A DNA stretch of 64,000 nucleotides from Cloacimonetes bacterium SCGC AAA252-N17 (GCA_000404785.1 ASNI01000006.1:3037-67036); one strand, 5' to 3'. Positions 1-8,710 are shown, counted from the first letter of the stretch. Notes: generated by a model from the sequence alone, not told the origin. Made by a program: numbers and translations.

Positions 1-45
1 TCCAGAGAAACTTGTATTTATAGGAAGTAATGTAAAAAAGTAGAA

Positions 46-474
46 ATGACTATTAATAAAGAAAAAATTATAACTCTGATTGGCGAAGCAAGAAACGCAT
101 TAGGTCAACTCGCTCGATATGAGGATGTATCTCTTGATGCATTACTTAAAGATGATGAGAAATTAGGAAATATAAAATATCAACTTATCATTCTGATAGA
201 AGCTTGTATCGATATGTGTGCCCATATTACAGCGAAATCTCTTAACGTCGCTCCGGAAAGTTATTCCCATTGTTTTCAATTGTTGCAAGAAAATAATTTT
301 ATTGATGAAGGATTAGCTGATAAAATGTCTGAGATGGCAAAATTCAGAAATCTTTTGGTGCATTTGTATTGGAAAGTTGATAATATACGTGTTATTGAAA
401 TAGCTCAAACTAAAATGGATATATGCAATGAATTTATTCATTCGATTGTTAGAATCGTGAAACGTGAGTCATGA
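46..474 (+). CDS. HepT-like ribonuclease toxin (DUF86/HEPN)
   Basis: HEPN R-x4-H-x-Y motif RNLLVHLY; the MNT partner probably lies upstream of the window. Confidence 0.9.
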   Translation: MTINKEKIITLIGEARNALGQLARYEDVSLDALLKDDEKLGNIKYQLIILIEACIDMCAHITAKSLNVAPESYSHCFQLLQENNFIDEGLADKMSEMAKFRNLLVHLYWKVDNIRVIEIAQTKMDICNEFIHSIVRIVKRES

Positions 475-566
475 AAAGTGAAATGTGAATTTCACAGAAA
501 ATTAGTTGTCACTCTGATTCACTAGCTTAAGGATTGGGTATCGGAAATCTAATAAATTTAGAGTTT

Positions 567-836
567 ATGAATAATCCGGAAATTAAACAATTCATAAGAG
601 AAAACAGCTATCTTTTCTGGTGGATCAGGGAAGATGCAAAAGCGGAAATTAGCTTAAATCTATTGATAGAAACAATCTTGAATTATGGTGATATAGAAAG
701 CATAAAAAATTTATTTACACTTATCGGAATAAAAAAAGTTGCTGAAATTTTCTATCAGAGTATTCATCGAAAACGTGTTAACTATCATCCACGAACTATT
801 AATTTTTTTACACTTTATTTTACACGAAATGCATAA
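567..836 (+). CDS. Small putative antitoxin of the AbiEii-type nucleotidyltransferase pair
   Basis: About 89 aa from ATG 567; YLFWW..ETILNYG pattern; stop overlaps the start of the AbiEii-type gene. Confidence 0.6.
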   Translation: MNNPEIKQFIRENSYLFWWIREDAKAEISLNLLIETILNYGDIESIKNLFTLIGIKKVAEIFYQSIHRKRVNYHPRTINFFTLYFTRNA

Positions 837-1446
837 AGAGATACTTACAAAAAATCAACAGAAATTACTGCCCTTTGTTAAGGATTTTTCAAATAACTAT
901 TATCTTGTTGGTGGAACAGCAGTCGCATTATATATAGGACACCGAAGATCTATAGATTTTGACCTTTTTTCAGATAAAGCAATTGATAGAGGTGATATCA
1001 AACGTTTGATTGAACATAATGATTTATCAATCCAGAAGACTATATTCGAAGCTCATGATCAGCTTCATTTAATTATTGAAGACGTGAAATTTACATTTAT
1101 GCAATTTCCCTTTAAGATTGAAGCGAATACGAATTTTAATACTATAATTAACTTGCCTGCATTGATCGACCTGGCAACAATGAAATCCTATGCACTTGGC
1201 GGAAGAGCAAAATGGAAAGACTATGTTGATCTGTACTTTCTTCTTAAATTTCATTTCAATCTGGATGAGATTATTTCAAGAGCAAAAAAAATATTTTGTA
1301 ATTATTTTAATGAGAAGCTTTTTCTGGAACAGCTTTCGTATTTTGATGATATAGACGAAAGTGAAAAAATCGAGTTTATGTGTGAACCTGTAAATGATGA
1401 TGAGATCAAAAATTTCTTGATTGATGTGGCGACCCAAACTTTTTAA
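829..1446 (+). CDS. AbiEii/AbiGii-family nucleotidyltransferase toxin
   Basis: YLVGGTAVAL..HRRSIDFDLF and K..A..GRAKWKDYVDLY motifs; ATG 829 in frame with the track ORF. Confidence 0.85.
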   Translation: MHKEILTKNQQKLLPFVKDFSNNYYLVGGTAVALYIGHRRSIDFDLFSDKAIDRGDIKRLIEHNDLSIQKTIFEAHDQLHLIIEDVKFTFMQFPFKIEANTNFNTIINLPALIDLATMKSYALGGRAKWKDYVDLYFLLKFHFNLDEIISRAKKIFCNYFNEKLFLEQLSYFDDIDESEKIEFMCEPVNDDEIKNFLIDVATQTF

Positions 1447-1542
1447 TAAACGTAATCATAATGAATAAAAAAATTGTGTTTATTTATCTCATTGTTTTTA
1501 ATGCTTAATTCTTCATTATGAAAACAAATGTTGTTCTTGAAA

Positions 1543-1617
1543 AAAGTAGAAATTAAAAAGCAGAAAGCAGAAATTAAAAAGCAGAAAGTTTACCCCGTGA
1601 AATCTTTTGTTACTAAT
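1543..1617. repeat. Heptamer array (GCAGAAA-type) plus left arm of a palindromic REP-like element
   Basis: gtagaaattaaaaagcagaaagcagaaattaaaaagcagaaagttt followed by ccccgtgaaat (1593-1603); near-identical context at 9655-9740. Confidence 0.7.
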
Positions 1618-1619
1618 TA

Positions 1620-3169
1620 GTCGACCCTGAAAAACTCTGTTTTTGTGCATTAGATTATTTACATTTTCATTACATTTAAGCATAAGATTTACAATATGAA
1701 TTGAGATATGGGTCAGATTGTATAATTTTAACATAATTTTCCAAGAAATTGAGCATTTTTTTGATAAAAACAGTAAAGACAAAAAAAGCAGACGCAATTC
1801 GCCTATAGATCATCCGTAAATTATATCCACAGGCTGAGAATACTACATTTAATGAATCTCCCTCTTTACCTTTAAGATAGTTGCGATCAAGACGATGTTC
1901 GCCTTTCATATGTCCAATATCCGCTTCAATGACGCTACGCCGATTATACCACCTCCGCTGTGAACGTGTAAGACGCTTTCTACTTCTTCCTACAATATGA
2001 ATCTCTGCTTCACCTTCATAATCATGCTTCCGATACCCAAGATCTACATACACATCTTCCAGGTTGCCAACCGAACGCACATTGCTCTTCGCTTGATGTA
2101 AAGTCTCTTGTAAAGTATGACCATCATAAGGATTCCCATGAAAAGCTACTGCCGACAATATAAAACCTTCTTTAGACGTTCCCGTAAATCCAACCTTGTT
2201 GCCAAATTCATAACGCTTATGTGCCTTCCCTTTGCAGATACATTCCACATGTGGCTCATGAACACTATAAAGTTTATGCTTACTCGTTTTCGTTTGACTC
2301 AAACCCTTATCCACTAACTGTCTTAATGCCTCGAAATCTTTATCCATAAGAAGTTCCGGTGTCGCTTTCCGAAGAATATCTCGATACAATCTCCCAAGTG
2401 AGGTCCTTAACTTACTCTTAACGCTCATGGCTCGTTTCATCTGTTTCGCATGCACATAACCGCCATGTCTACGAAGCAAAGTCTTACCTGATCTCTCATA
2501 GGTCTGTTTCATTGGAATATCATGTGATTTCGCTTTTCTAACAAGATGTTGGATTAATCTGTAATACAACTTTACATCTGTAGGAAAGGTGATGTTCTTC
2601 TCCTGTACTGTTGTATCAACATTTACCTTCTTGATGCTCTGCTTCCTTATCGTTTTCGTCTTTAAACCCGACTTGATCGTTGTCTCAAGAAGCTCTTGTA
2701 AATGTGAATCTTTAAGTCGATTACGCCACTTGGTCATGCTGGTAGGATGAATCGGGAACTCTGTCTGAAAATATTCTTCTCCGCAGAAATACTGCCAGTA
2801 GGGGTTCTCGATCCATTGCTCCACAAGAACTTCATCACTCAGGTTTTTCATATACTTCAGGAAATGAAGACCCACCATTAAACGCACCGATTTCGCAGGA
2901 CGCCCCATATCTTCTGAATACAATACCTTGAATGATTCATTAAGATCATCCCAAGATATACTATTCGCTAATCTACAGAGCGGATGTGGAAGATTTAGAA
3001 TATTTGGAAGATACATTTGAAACATATTTGGTTCATTTACTTTATTTTTTATCATCATAAACTCTCAGACTTTTAAGCATTTCTGCACCTTTTTTGGGAG
3101 TTTATTACGTACTAAAATCCTCGTAGTCAAGTTATTTATCAAGGCCTTAACAACTTTTTCAGGGGGAAC
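1620..3169 (-). mobile_element. IS5-family insertion sequence
   Basis: Imperfect terminal inverted repeats gtcgaccctgaaaaa / tttttcagggggaac; TA on both flanks (1618-1619, 3170-3171) as probable target duplication; single transposase inside. Confidence 0.8.
1676..3058 (-). CDS. IS5-family DDE transposase
   Basis: GRP..RLMVGL..LSDE..W.ENPYWQYFCG N-terminal domain; VDTTVQEK, D.GYR, RRSVIE..IGHMK DDE segments. Confidence 0.92.
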   Translation of the reverse strand: MMIKNKVNEPNMFQMYLPNILNLPHPLCRLANSISWDDLNESFKVLYSEDMGRPAKSVRLMVGLHFLKYMKNLSDEVLVEQWIENPYWQYFCGEEYFQTEFPIHPTSMTKWRNRLKDSHLQELLETTIKSGLKTKTIRKQSIKKVNVDTTVQEKNITFPTDVKLYYRLIQHLVRKAKSHDIPMKQTYERSGKTLLRRHGGYVHAKQMKRAMSVKSKLRTSLGRLYRDILRKATPELLMDKDFEALRQLVDKGLSQTKTSKHKLYSVHEPHVECICKGKAHKRYEFGNKVGFTGTSKEGFILSAVAFHGNPYDGHTLQETLHQAKSNVRSVGNLEDVYVDLGYRKHDYEGEAEIHIVGRSRKRLTRSQRRWYNRRSVIEADIGHMKGEHRLDRNYLKGKEGDSLNVVFSACGYNLRMIYRRIASAFFVFTVFIKKMLNFLENYVKIIQSDPYLNSYCKSYA

Positions 3170-3174
3170 TACTT

Positions 3175-3300
3175 ATCCCGTTAAATCTCATCTTTTTGTA
3201 TTTAACTGGGACCTGTCCCGTTAAATCTCATCTTTTTGTATTTAACTGGGACCTGTCCCGTTAAATCTGTTTTATTTATTTAACTGGGATTTCACTGGGG
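3175..3300. repeat. Three tandem 40-bp hairpin repeats inside an outer palindromic arm
   Basis: cccgttaaat..atttaactggg-acctgt units starting at 3177, 3217 and 3257; closes with atttcactgggg (3289-3300). Confidence 0.9.
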
Positions 3301-3325
3301 CAGAAAGATAAAAGATTAAAAAGAA

Positions 3326-3721
3326 ATGAAAATTGACATAGATAGAATTAGCAAAGAACTTTTTAATACTATTCCAGAAGCTGAATTTGCATATATTTTT
3401 GGATCTACACAAGATGGGAATATAGGCAAAAACTCAGATATTGATATTGCATTTTATTTTTCTAAAAATATTGAAATATCTGAAACTTTAATATTAAAAA
3501 TTTTTAAAAGTTTCGAAAAAATCTATCCTAACCTAACCTTGGATATTTGTAATTTAAATACTGCTTCTCTGATCTTACGGTTCGAAGCTTTAAGGGGAAC
3601 ATTGTTATTTGTAAGAGATAGTTTTAAAGATAAGTTTGCAGAATTTTTTTCTCTGACAGCTCGTGAATACGAAGATGAAATGTATAGAAGAAAACTTCAG
3701 TTGAAGTATAGAGGTTATTAA
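3326..3721 (+). CDS. Minimal nucleotidyltransferase (MntA-type antitoxin)
   Basis: FGS-x10-DIDIA motif; stop overlaps the HepT start. Confidence 0.88.
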   Translation: MKIDIDRISKELFNTIPEAEFAYIFGSTQDGNIGKNSDIDIAFYFSKNIEISETLILKIFKSFEKIYPNLTLDICNLNTASLILRFEALRGTLLFVRDSFKDKFAEFFSLTAREYEDEMYRRKLQLKYRGY

Positions 3722-4137
3722 TGGAATATAATGGTGTAATTGAAAATAAAATTCGATTACTTGAAAATAAAATCGAAGAAATCAGATCGTGGGATATTAC
3801 TTCTTTAAATAAAATTAAAAAGAGTACTCTAATTAGAAATGCTGTTGAGCGAGCATTGCAAGTATCAATTGAAATTATGTTGGATATAGCTGAAAGAATC
3901 TTGGCTTTAGAAAATTGCAAACCCACCATGAGTTCATCTGAAGCTATTGCAAAATTGGAAGATTTAGGCATAATAAAAGAATCTGAAAAATATATTGATA
4001 TGATAAGATTTCGCAATTTTATTGTTCATCGTTATGAATATGTTGATATTAATATTCTCTTTACTATTGTTACTAAAAAACTGCATTATTTTGAATATTA
4101 TGTTGATGAAATAAGAAATGCGATTTCAATTGGTTAA
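3721..4137 (+). CDS. HepT-like ribonuclease toxin (DUF86)
   Basis: RNFIVHRY HEPN motif; ERALQVSIEIMLDI helix. Confidence 0.9.
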   Translation: MEYNGVIENKIRLLENKIEEIRSWDITSLNKIKKSTLIRNAVERALQVSIEIMLDIAERILALENCKPTMSSSEAIAKLEDLGIIKESEKYIDMIRFRNFIVHRYEYVDINILFTIVTKKLHYFEYYVDEIRNAISIG

Positions 4138-4177
4138 TACGCCATGACAAGACGCCGTGATAAGAAAGAAGAAAGAT

Positions 4178-4300
4178 AAACCACCCGTCTTCGTTACACT
4201 TCAGTCTTTGCTACGCTACGCCCAGACAGGACGCCGAGGCAGGCGAAATACACCAGTCTTCGCTACGATTCGCCGAGGCAGGCGAAATAACACGAAAAAT
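4178..4300. repeat. CACGAAA-type array interrupted by nested CCGTCTTCG/CAGTCTTCG palindromic units
   Basis: aaccac[ccgtcttcg..gcagg]cgaaatacac[cagtcttcg..gcagg]cgaaataacacgaaaaa. Confidence 0.65.
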
Positions 4301-4394
4301 TAAAGAAATTGAATAAAGAAAAAAGAATCTCCCAAAAACAAGTTGTCATTCATCCGTCTTCGTTGCACTACGCCATGATATGAAAGCAAAAAGT

Positions 4395-4580
4395 TTACCC
4401 CGTGAAATACGAAAGTATATTTCACAGGGTGAACCCCTTGAAATCTGTTACTATTTATCCCGTTAAATCTCATCTTTTTGTATTTAACTGGGACCTGTCC
4501 CGTTAAATTTGTTTTATTTATTTAACTGGGACCTGTCCCGTTAAATCTGTTTTATTTATTTAACTGGGATTTAACTGGGG
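4395..4580. repeat. REP-like hairpin plus three tandem cccgttaaat..atttaactggg units
   Basis: Near-identical to the block at 3175-3300; preceded by ccccgtgaaat..atttcacagggtg. Confidence 0.88.
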
Positions 4581-4600
4581 AAGAAAGATAAAAAGAAAAA

Positions 4601-5346
4601 ATGAATCCATTTCAATATGGCAATATTGTATCAGGAGATTTCTTTTATGACCGCAAGGAAGAGTTGTTGCGCATTAAGCAAACACTGAAGGGGGGAAACA
4701 ACTTAATGCTTTATGCTCCCAGGCGCTACGGGAAATCTTCTTTGGTAGCAAAGGCTATGAACACCATCAGAATGTATCATATTTGTTTCTCGGAAGCCGG
4801 ACACATCTTTTGAAAAATATGTTTAACAACAAAAACAGGGCTTTTTATAATGCAGCAATGCTTATGAATATTAGAGCAATGGATACTGAACATTCTATTA
4901 ATTTTTTATCTGATCGTTTTGCAAAAGATAATATTGACATATTAAGAAACACTGCCTTATACCTTATTAAAAAAGTTGATAGTATTCCTTATTATATTCA
5001 ATTTGTAGCAGCAGAGATCTGGCAACAGATTATTAACAATAAACAAAAAATCACTAATTACCACGTTGATAAAGCATTAGAACATATTATTGATTTAAAA
5101 TCTGATTATTATTGGGAATTAACAAATAAACAAACAAATTATAGAAAAAAAGTTTTGTATGCCATCAGTAAATCTGTTGAAGAGTTGTTTTCAAAAAAAA
5201 CAACAAATGATTATAATCTCGGACCTGTCTCAACAACTCAAAAAGCTGTTAAATCTTTTATTAATGAGGGCATTATAGAACGTTTTAATAATCAATACAA
5301 ATTTTCCGACCCTATCTATAAATTGTTTTTAATCAAAAATTTATGA
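4601..5346 (+). pseudogene. AAA/archaeal-ATPase-family protein with internal deletion and frameshift
   Basis: NPF.YG..V..FYDRKEEL and Walker A APRRYGKSSL in one frame; at about 4765 the match switches frame to HQNVSYLFLGSRTHLL; the Walker B region is missing. Confidence 0.75.
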
Positions 5347-5387
5347 TTATACCTAAAGGCGTAACGCTCACGGACGTAGTCAGGGGA

Positions 5388-5459
5388 AAAGCAACCCAGT
5401 TCACCCCGTTAAATCCCTTCAGGATCCCGATATATCGGGATATTTAACAGGGTGAAATA
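5388..5459. repeat. 72-bp palindromic repeat, copy 1
   Basis: caccccgttaaat..cccgatatatcggg..atttaacagggtg; differs from 6208-6279 at 2 positions. Confidence 0.9.
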
Positions 5460-5541
5460 TAAAAATAAAGCCATTTCACCCATGTGTAATAACAGATAAA
5501 AGAGATTACACCCCGATTAAATAAAGGTGAAAAAGGAAAAT

Positions 5542-5838
5542 ATGAATTTATATGATATAATTAACTTCATAAAAAATAATAAAAAATTTCTAAAAAAACA
5601 ATATGGGGTTGAAAAAATTGGGATTTTCGGCAGTTATGTTAAAAATAATATTAAAGATGACAGTGATATAGATATTGCGATAGAAATGGCTAAAGAGAGT
5701 AAAACCCTTCATAATTTTTTGGAACTCAAAAGGTATTTAGAAAAGAATCTACAAAGGGAAGTTGACTTAGGTATTGAATCAAATTTAAAAAAAGCTGTTA
5801 AAAAAAAAATAAAAAGTGAAATTATATATGCCTACTAA
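5542..5838 (+). CDS. Minimal nucleotidyltransferase (MntA-type antitoxin)
   Basis: YGVEKIGIFGSY..DSDIDI; ATG 5542 follows an AAGGA SD-like sequence (the track uses GTG 5527). Confidence 0.9.
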   Translation: MNLYDIINFIKNNKKFLKKQYGVEKIGIFGSYVKNNIKDDSDIDIAIEMAKESKTLHNFLELKRYLEKNLQREVDLGIESNLKKAVKKKIKSEIIYAY

Positions 5839-6163
5839 AGATCGACTATACCTCGAAGATATCATCGCATCAATAGAAGCGATAAAAATATATACTAAAG
5901 ATATAGAATATAAAGAATTTGTAAAAGACCGCAAAACACATTCTGCAACAATAAGAGAATTAGAAATTGTTGGTGAAGCAGTAAGCAAGCTGTCTGAAAA
6001 TATAAAAAATAAAGCCCCTGAGGTTCATTGGAGAGATATTAAGGATTTACGAAACCTCCTAATTCATGAATATTTTGGTGTAGACCTTGAAATCTTATGG
6101 AATATTGTAAATAATGATATTCCAATACTCCATAAAGCGATAAAAACTATTTTAAGTGATTAA
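5828..6163 (+). CDS. HepT-like ribonuclease toxin (DUF86)
   Basis: YLEDI..IE, ELEIVGEA, W..IKDLRNLLIHEYFGVD. Confidence 0.92.
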   Translation: MPTKDRLYLEDIIASIEAIKIYTKDIEYKEFVKDRKTHSATIRELEIVGEAVSKLSENIKNKAPEVHWRDIKDLRNLLIHEYFGVDLEILWNIVNNDIPILHKAIKTILSD

Positions 6164-6207
6164 GATTTTTGCGGAATGACATTAGTGTTTCAAAAGACCA
6201 AAGACTT

Positions 6208-6279
6208 AAAGCAACCCAGTTCACCCCGTTAAATCCCTTCGGGATCTCGATATATCGGGATATTTAACAGGGTGAAATA
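6208..6279. repeat. 72-bp palindromic repeat, copy 2
   Basis: Direct repeat of 5388-5459 at an offset of 820 bp. Confidence 0.9.
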
Positions 6280-6294
6280 AAAGAAAAAGAAGAT

Positions 6295-6765
6295 TCCACC
6301 CCGATTAACCCGGTGAAATAAAAGACAGATTTCACAGGTTAAAAATAAAAGAAAGAATTTAATGGGGTAAACAGGGCAGGCCGAGAACACCGAATAACAC
6401 AGAAAAGGCTGAGATGATTTATAAAAAAGTAATTGTCATTCTGAATCCGCCAGCCGGCGGAGAAGAATCTCCTAAAAGTAATTGTCATCCCAGTTGAATA
6501 GAAAAGAAAGATTCAACGGGATAAATTCTGAAGCACATTCGCCTTGCTCAGTATAAACTCCGCGAAGTTTACAATCCCGATTTATCGGGGAATCTCGCAA
6601 GAAGAACGTTAATCAATCCTTCTGAGAGATCCTTCCCGTCTTTATTTCACTTCAGTCTTCTCCGCCAGCTGGCGGATACGCCCAGACAGGACGCCGTGAC
6701 AGGTCCGTCTTCGTTGCACTTCGCCGTGACAGGCGCTCACTTAGTTCACTCGAGGATGACAAAGA
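6295..6765. repeat. Composite nested REP-like array (TTGTCATTCTG..GAAGAATCTC / GAGATCCTTC..AGGATGACAA with inserted hairpins)
   Basis: Same units as those around 52480-52773 and at 55870-56170. Confidence 0.8.
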
Positions 6766-6800
6766 AAAAAGAAATTAGAAAACGGTTAAAATGTAAAACA

Positions 6801-7190
6801 ATGAAAAAAGATATCATAAACATAATAAAAGAAATGCTATTTGCAAGAAAGGAAATTATTGCCGCATTTATCTACGGCTCATTCCTTAATACCGAAGATT
6901 ACGATGATATTGATGTTGGGGTATTTACAAATTGTGCATTTCAAGGTTTAGAAAAACCGGATTATGAATTTGAATTAGAGCAATTATTATCAAAGAAACT
7001 AACAGGTAGCAAAATCGATCTTAGAGTAATTGATGATGCTCCGGATAAATTTTTATATAATGTTTTCAAGGGTTGCTATCTATTTTCTAAAGACGAAAAA
7101 ATTGAAAAAATAATAGAGCATGTAATACAAAAAAGCATGGATCAACAATATTATCAAATCCAATATGTGCAACAAGCTTATGGAGTTTAA
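6801..7190 (+). CDS. Minimal nucleotidyltransferase (orphan MNT)
   Basis: IYGSF..DDIDVGV; the track N-terminal extension from 6696 is repeat-derived; the overlapping downstream frame stops after MEFN. Confidence 0.8.
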   Translation: MKKDIINIIKEMLFARKEIIAAFIYGSFLNTEDYDDIDVGVFTNCAFQGLEKPDYEFELEQLLSKKLTGSKIDLRVIDDAPDKFLYNVFKGCYLFSKDEKIEKIIEHVIQKSMDQQYYQIQYVQQAYGV

Positions 7191-7209
7191 TTAATGATAG
7201 ATAAACAAC

Positions 7210-7395
7210 ATGAAAAGAATAATTTTTTTAACTAAGTTAAAAGAACAAAAAAAACAGGATTTGAAATTCAGACGTTCAATGAGTTCGGAAGAGCGCTTGA
7301 GCGAAGTAGAAAGTCTCAGAATTCAAGCTGGTAAATTTTTATATGAATATCCAACAAGATTTCGAAGAATTATTAGAATTGCTCATAGAGCATAA
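7210..7395 (+). CDS. Small basic hypothetical protein, putative partner of the downstream nucleotidyltransferase
   Basis: 61 aa containing MSSEERL..VESLR; overlaps the next gene. Confidence 0.55.
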   Translation: MKRIIFLTKLKEQKKQDLKFRRSMSSEERLSEVESLRIQAGKFLYEYPTRFRRIIRIAHRA

Positions 7396-7789
7396 GGTAA
7401 AATACCTTATCGTTGGGGGATATGCTGTTGCTTTCCATGGATATCCGAGATTTACAAATGATATTGATATTTTTTATGAAATGAGTGAAGAAAATGTAAA
7501 AAAAATTACCGATTGCCTGGTGGATTTCGGATTTTCTAACTCAGAAGTTAACGGGAAACTATTTTTGGAAAAAGGTAATATCATTGTTATTGGAGTTGAA
7601 CCGCTGAGAGTGGATTTTATTAACGATATTGATGGAGTAGAGTTTGCAGCTGCTTGGGAAAATAGAATCAAGGGTAAATATGGTTCTGTTGAAGTAAATT
7701 TTATTTCAAAAACTGATCTGATAAAGAACAAATCAAAAACTAAAAGATCTGAAGATAAACTTGATGTAGAAAAGCTTACAGAAATTTGA
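7343..7789 (+). CDS. Nucleotidyltransferase-fold protein (putative toxin)
   Basis: YLIVGGYAVAFHGYPRFTNDIDIF; C-terminal DLIKNK..KR.ED..DVE. Confidence 0.8.
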   Translation: MNIQQDFEELLELLIEHKVKYLIVGGYAVAFHGYPRFTNDIDIFYEMSEENVKKITDCLVDFGFSNSEVNGKLFLEKGNIIVIGVEPLRVDFINDIDGVEFAAAWENRIKGKYGSVEVNFISKTDLIKNKSKTKRSEDKLDVEKLTEI

Positions 7790-7816
7790 AAGAAATATAA
7801 GGTTGTTACGAAGATA

Positions 7817-8146
7817 ATGCTGCATACCGGTCTCACTTCAGATAAATGGAAAACTTTTAGTATTGATAAGCAGATACTTATGATCGCTAATGAAATGAAT
7901 CGGGCAAAGAATTGGATTGAGAAGAAGGATTTTGAGAAGGTTTTGCATTGCTATGAGCGCGCTTTTGAGCTTATTGATCTCACTGTTGATTCGTCAAAGA
8001 ATAGAAGTTTGATTAATGAGTTAATGAGGGTTCGTGAACTTCTTGCAACAGAATACATTCATAGAGCTGATAATTCCGAGCAGAATATGAAAATATTTAA
8101 AGTTTTGCTTTCCTTAAATTTAGAAAGTTATAATATCTATAACTAA
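7817..8146 (+). CDS. Hypothetical all-helical protein
   Basis: 109-aa ORF (QILMIANEMNRA..YERAFELIDLT); stop overlaps the MNT start. Confidence 0.65.
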   Translation: MLHTGLTSDKWKTFSIDKQILMIANEMNRAKNWIEKKDFEKVLHCYERAFELIDLTVDSSKNRSLINELMRVRELLATEYIHRADNSEQNMKIFKVLLSLNLESYNIYN

Positions 8147-8415
8147 TGAAAAGAGAAAAAATACTACATACACTAAAAGATTTTAAAGAAAATAATACTG
8201 ATAAATATGGTATTTTGACTTTAGGAATTTTCGGCTCTTACGCAAGAGGAGAAGCTAAATCTGACAGTGATCTTGATATTGTAGTTGAAATTTCAAATGT
8301 AGATATGTTTTTATTGGTTCATATGAAAGATGATTTAGAAAAAATCTTTAATACCAAAATAGATATTGTGGTTAGAAAAGGGGAAAGAAGAGGTTCATAT
8401 TACGAATTAATATGA
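8146..8415 (+). CDS. Minimal nucleotidyltransferase, C-terminus apparently altered
   Basis: YGI..LGIFGSYARGEA..DSDLDIVV. Confidence 0.8.
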   Translation: MKREKILHTLKDFKENNTDKYGILTLGIFGSYARGEAKSDSDLDIVVEISNVDMFLLVHMKDDLEKIFNTKIDIVVRKGERRGSYYELI

Positions 8416-8416
8416 T

Positions 8417-8449
8417 ATGCCAACTTTATGCCAACTTTATGCCAACTTT
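8417..8449. repeat. 11-bp tandem repeat x3
   Basis: atgccaacttt repeated three times. Confidence 0.9.
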
Positions 8450-8605
8450 GAAATAGAGCTATAGGGAGCACAAGAAGGGTTCATTAAATTTCAGAGGTAA
8501 TACTAAACAAAGTTTCAAATAAAACAGCGAGTTTAGAACTTAAAAATTTGGAGAAAGAATTAAGAGTTTAATTAAAGAAAAACATGAATATGTGATGTCT
8601 AAACA

Positions 8606-8710
8606 GTTAAAACAAGGTAAAAGGGTAAAAGATAAAAGGTATCCGTCTTCATTACACTTCGCCGCGACAAGAAGGTAAAAGGTAAAAGATAAAAGGCAAA
8701 AATAAAATAA
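8606..8710 (+). repeat. AAAAGGT/AAAAGAT heptamer array with an inserted CCGTCTTC hairpin
   Basis: aaagggt aaaagat aaaaggt [atccgtcttc..gacaag] aaggt aaaaggt aaaagat aaaaggc, directly before ATG 8711. Confidence 0.75.

Noticed and set aside
1516-1797. Minus-strand 93-aa ORF
   Set aside because: It overlaps the transposase and the IS end, and its F/L-rich tail comes from the heptamer array.
3175-3300. 40-bp tandem repeats (also 4457-4580) as a CRISPR array
   Set aside because: The units are contiguous with no unique spacers, and there are no cas genes in the window.
5388-6279. GTTAAAT/ATTTAAC cores as integron attC sites
   Set aside because: They fit GTTRRRY/RYYYAAC but in the opposite order to attC within each hairpin. 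The correctly ordered junction hairpins are only about 27 bp, and no integrase is visible.
6696-6800. N-terminal extension of the MNT ORF
   Set aside because: It is encoded by repeat DNA; homology starts at ATG 6801.
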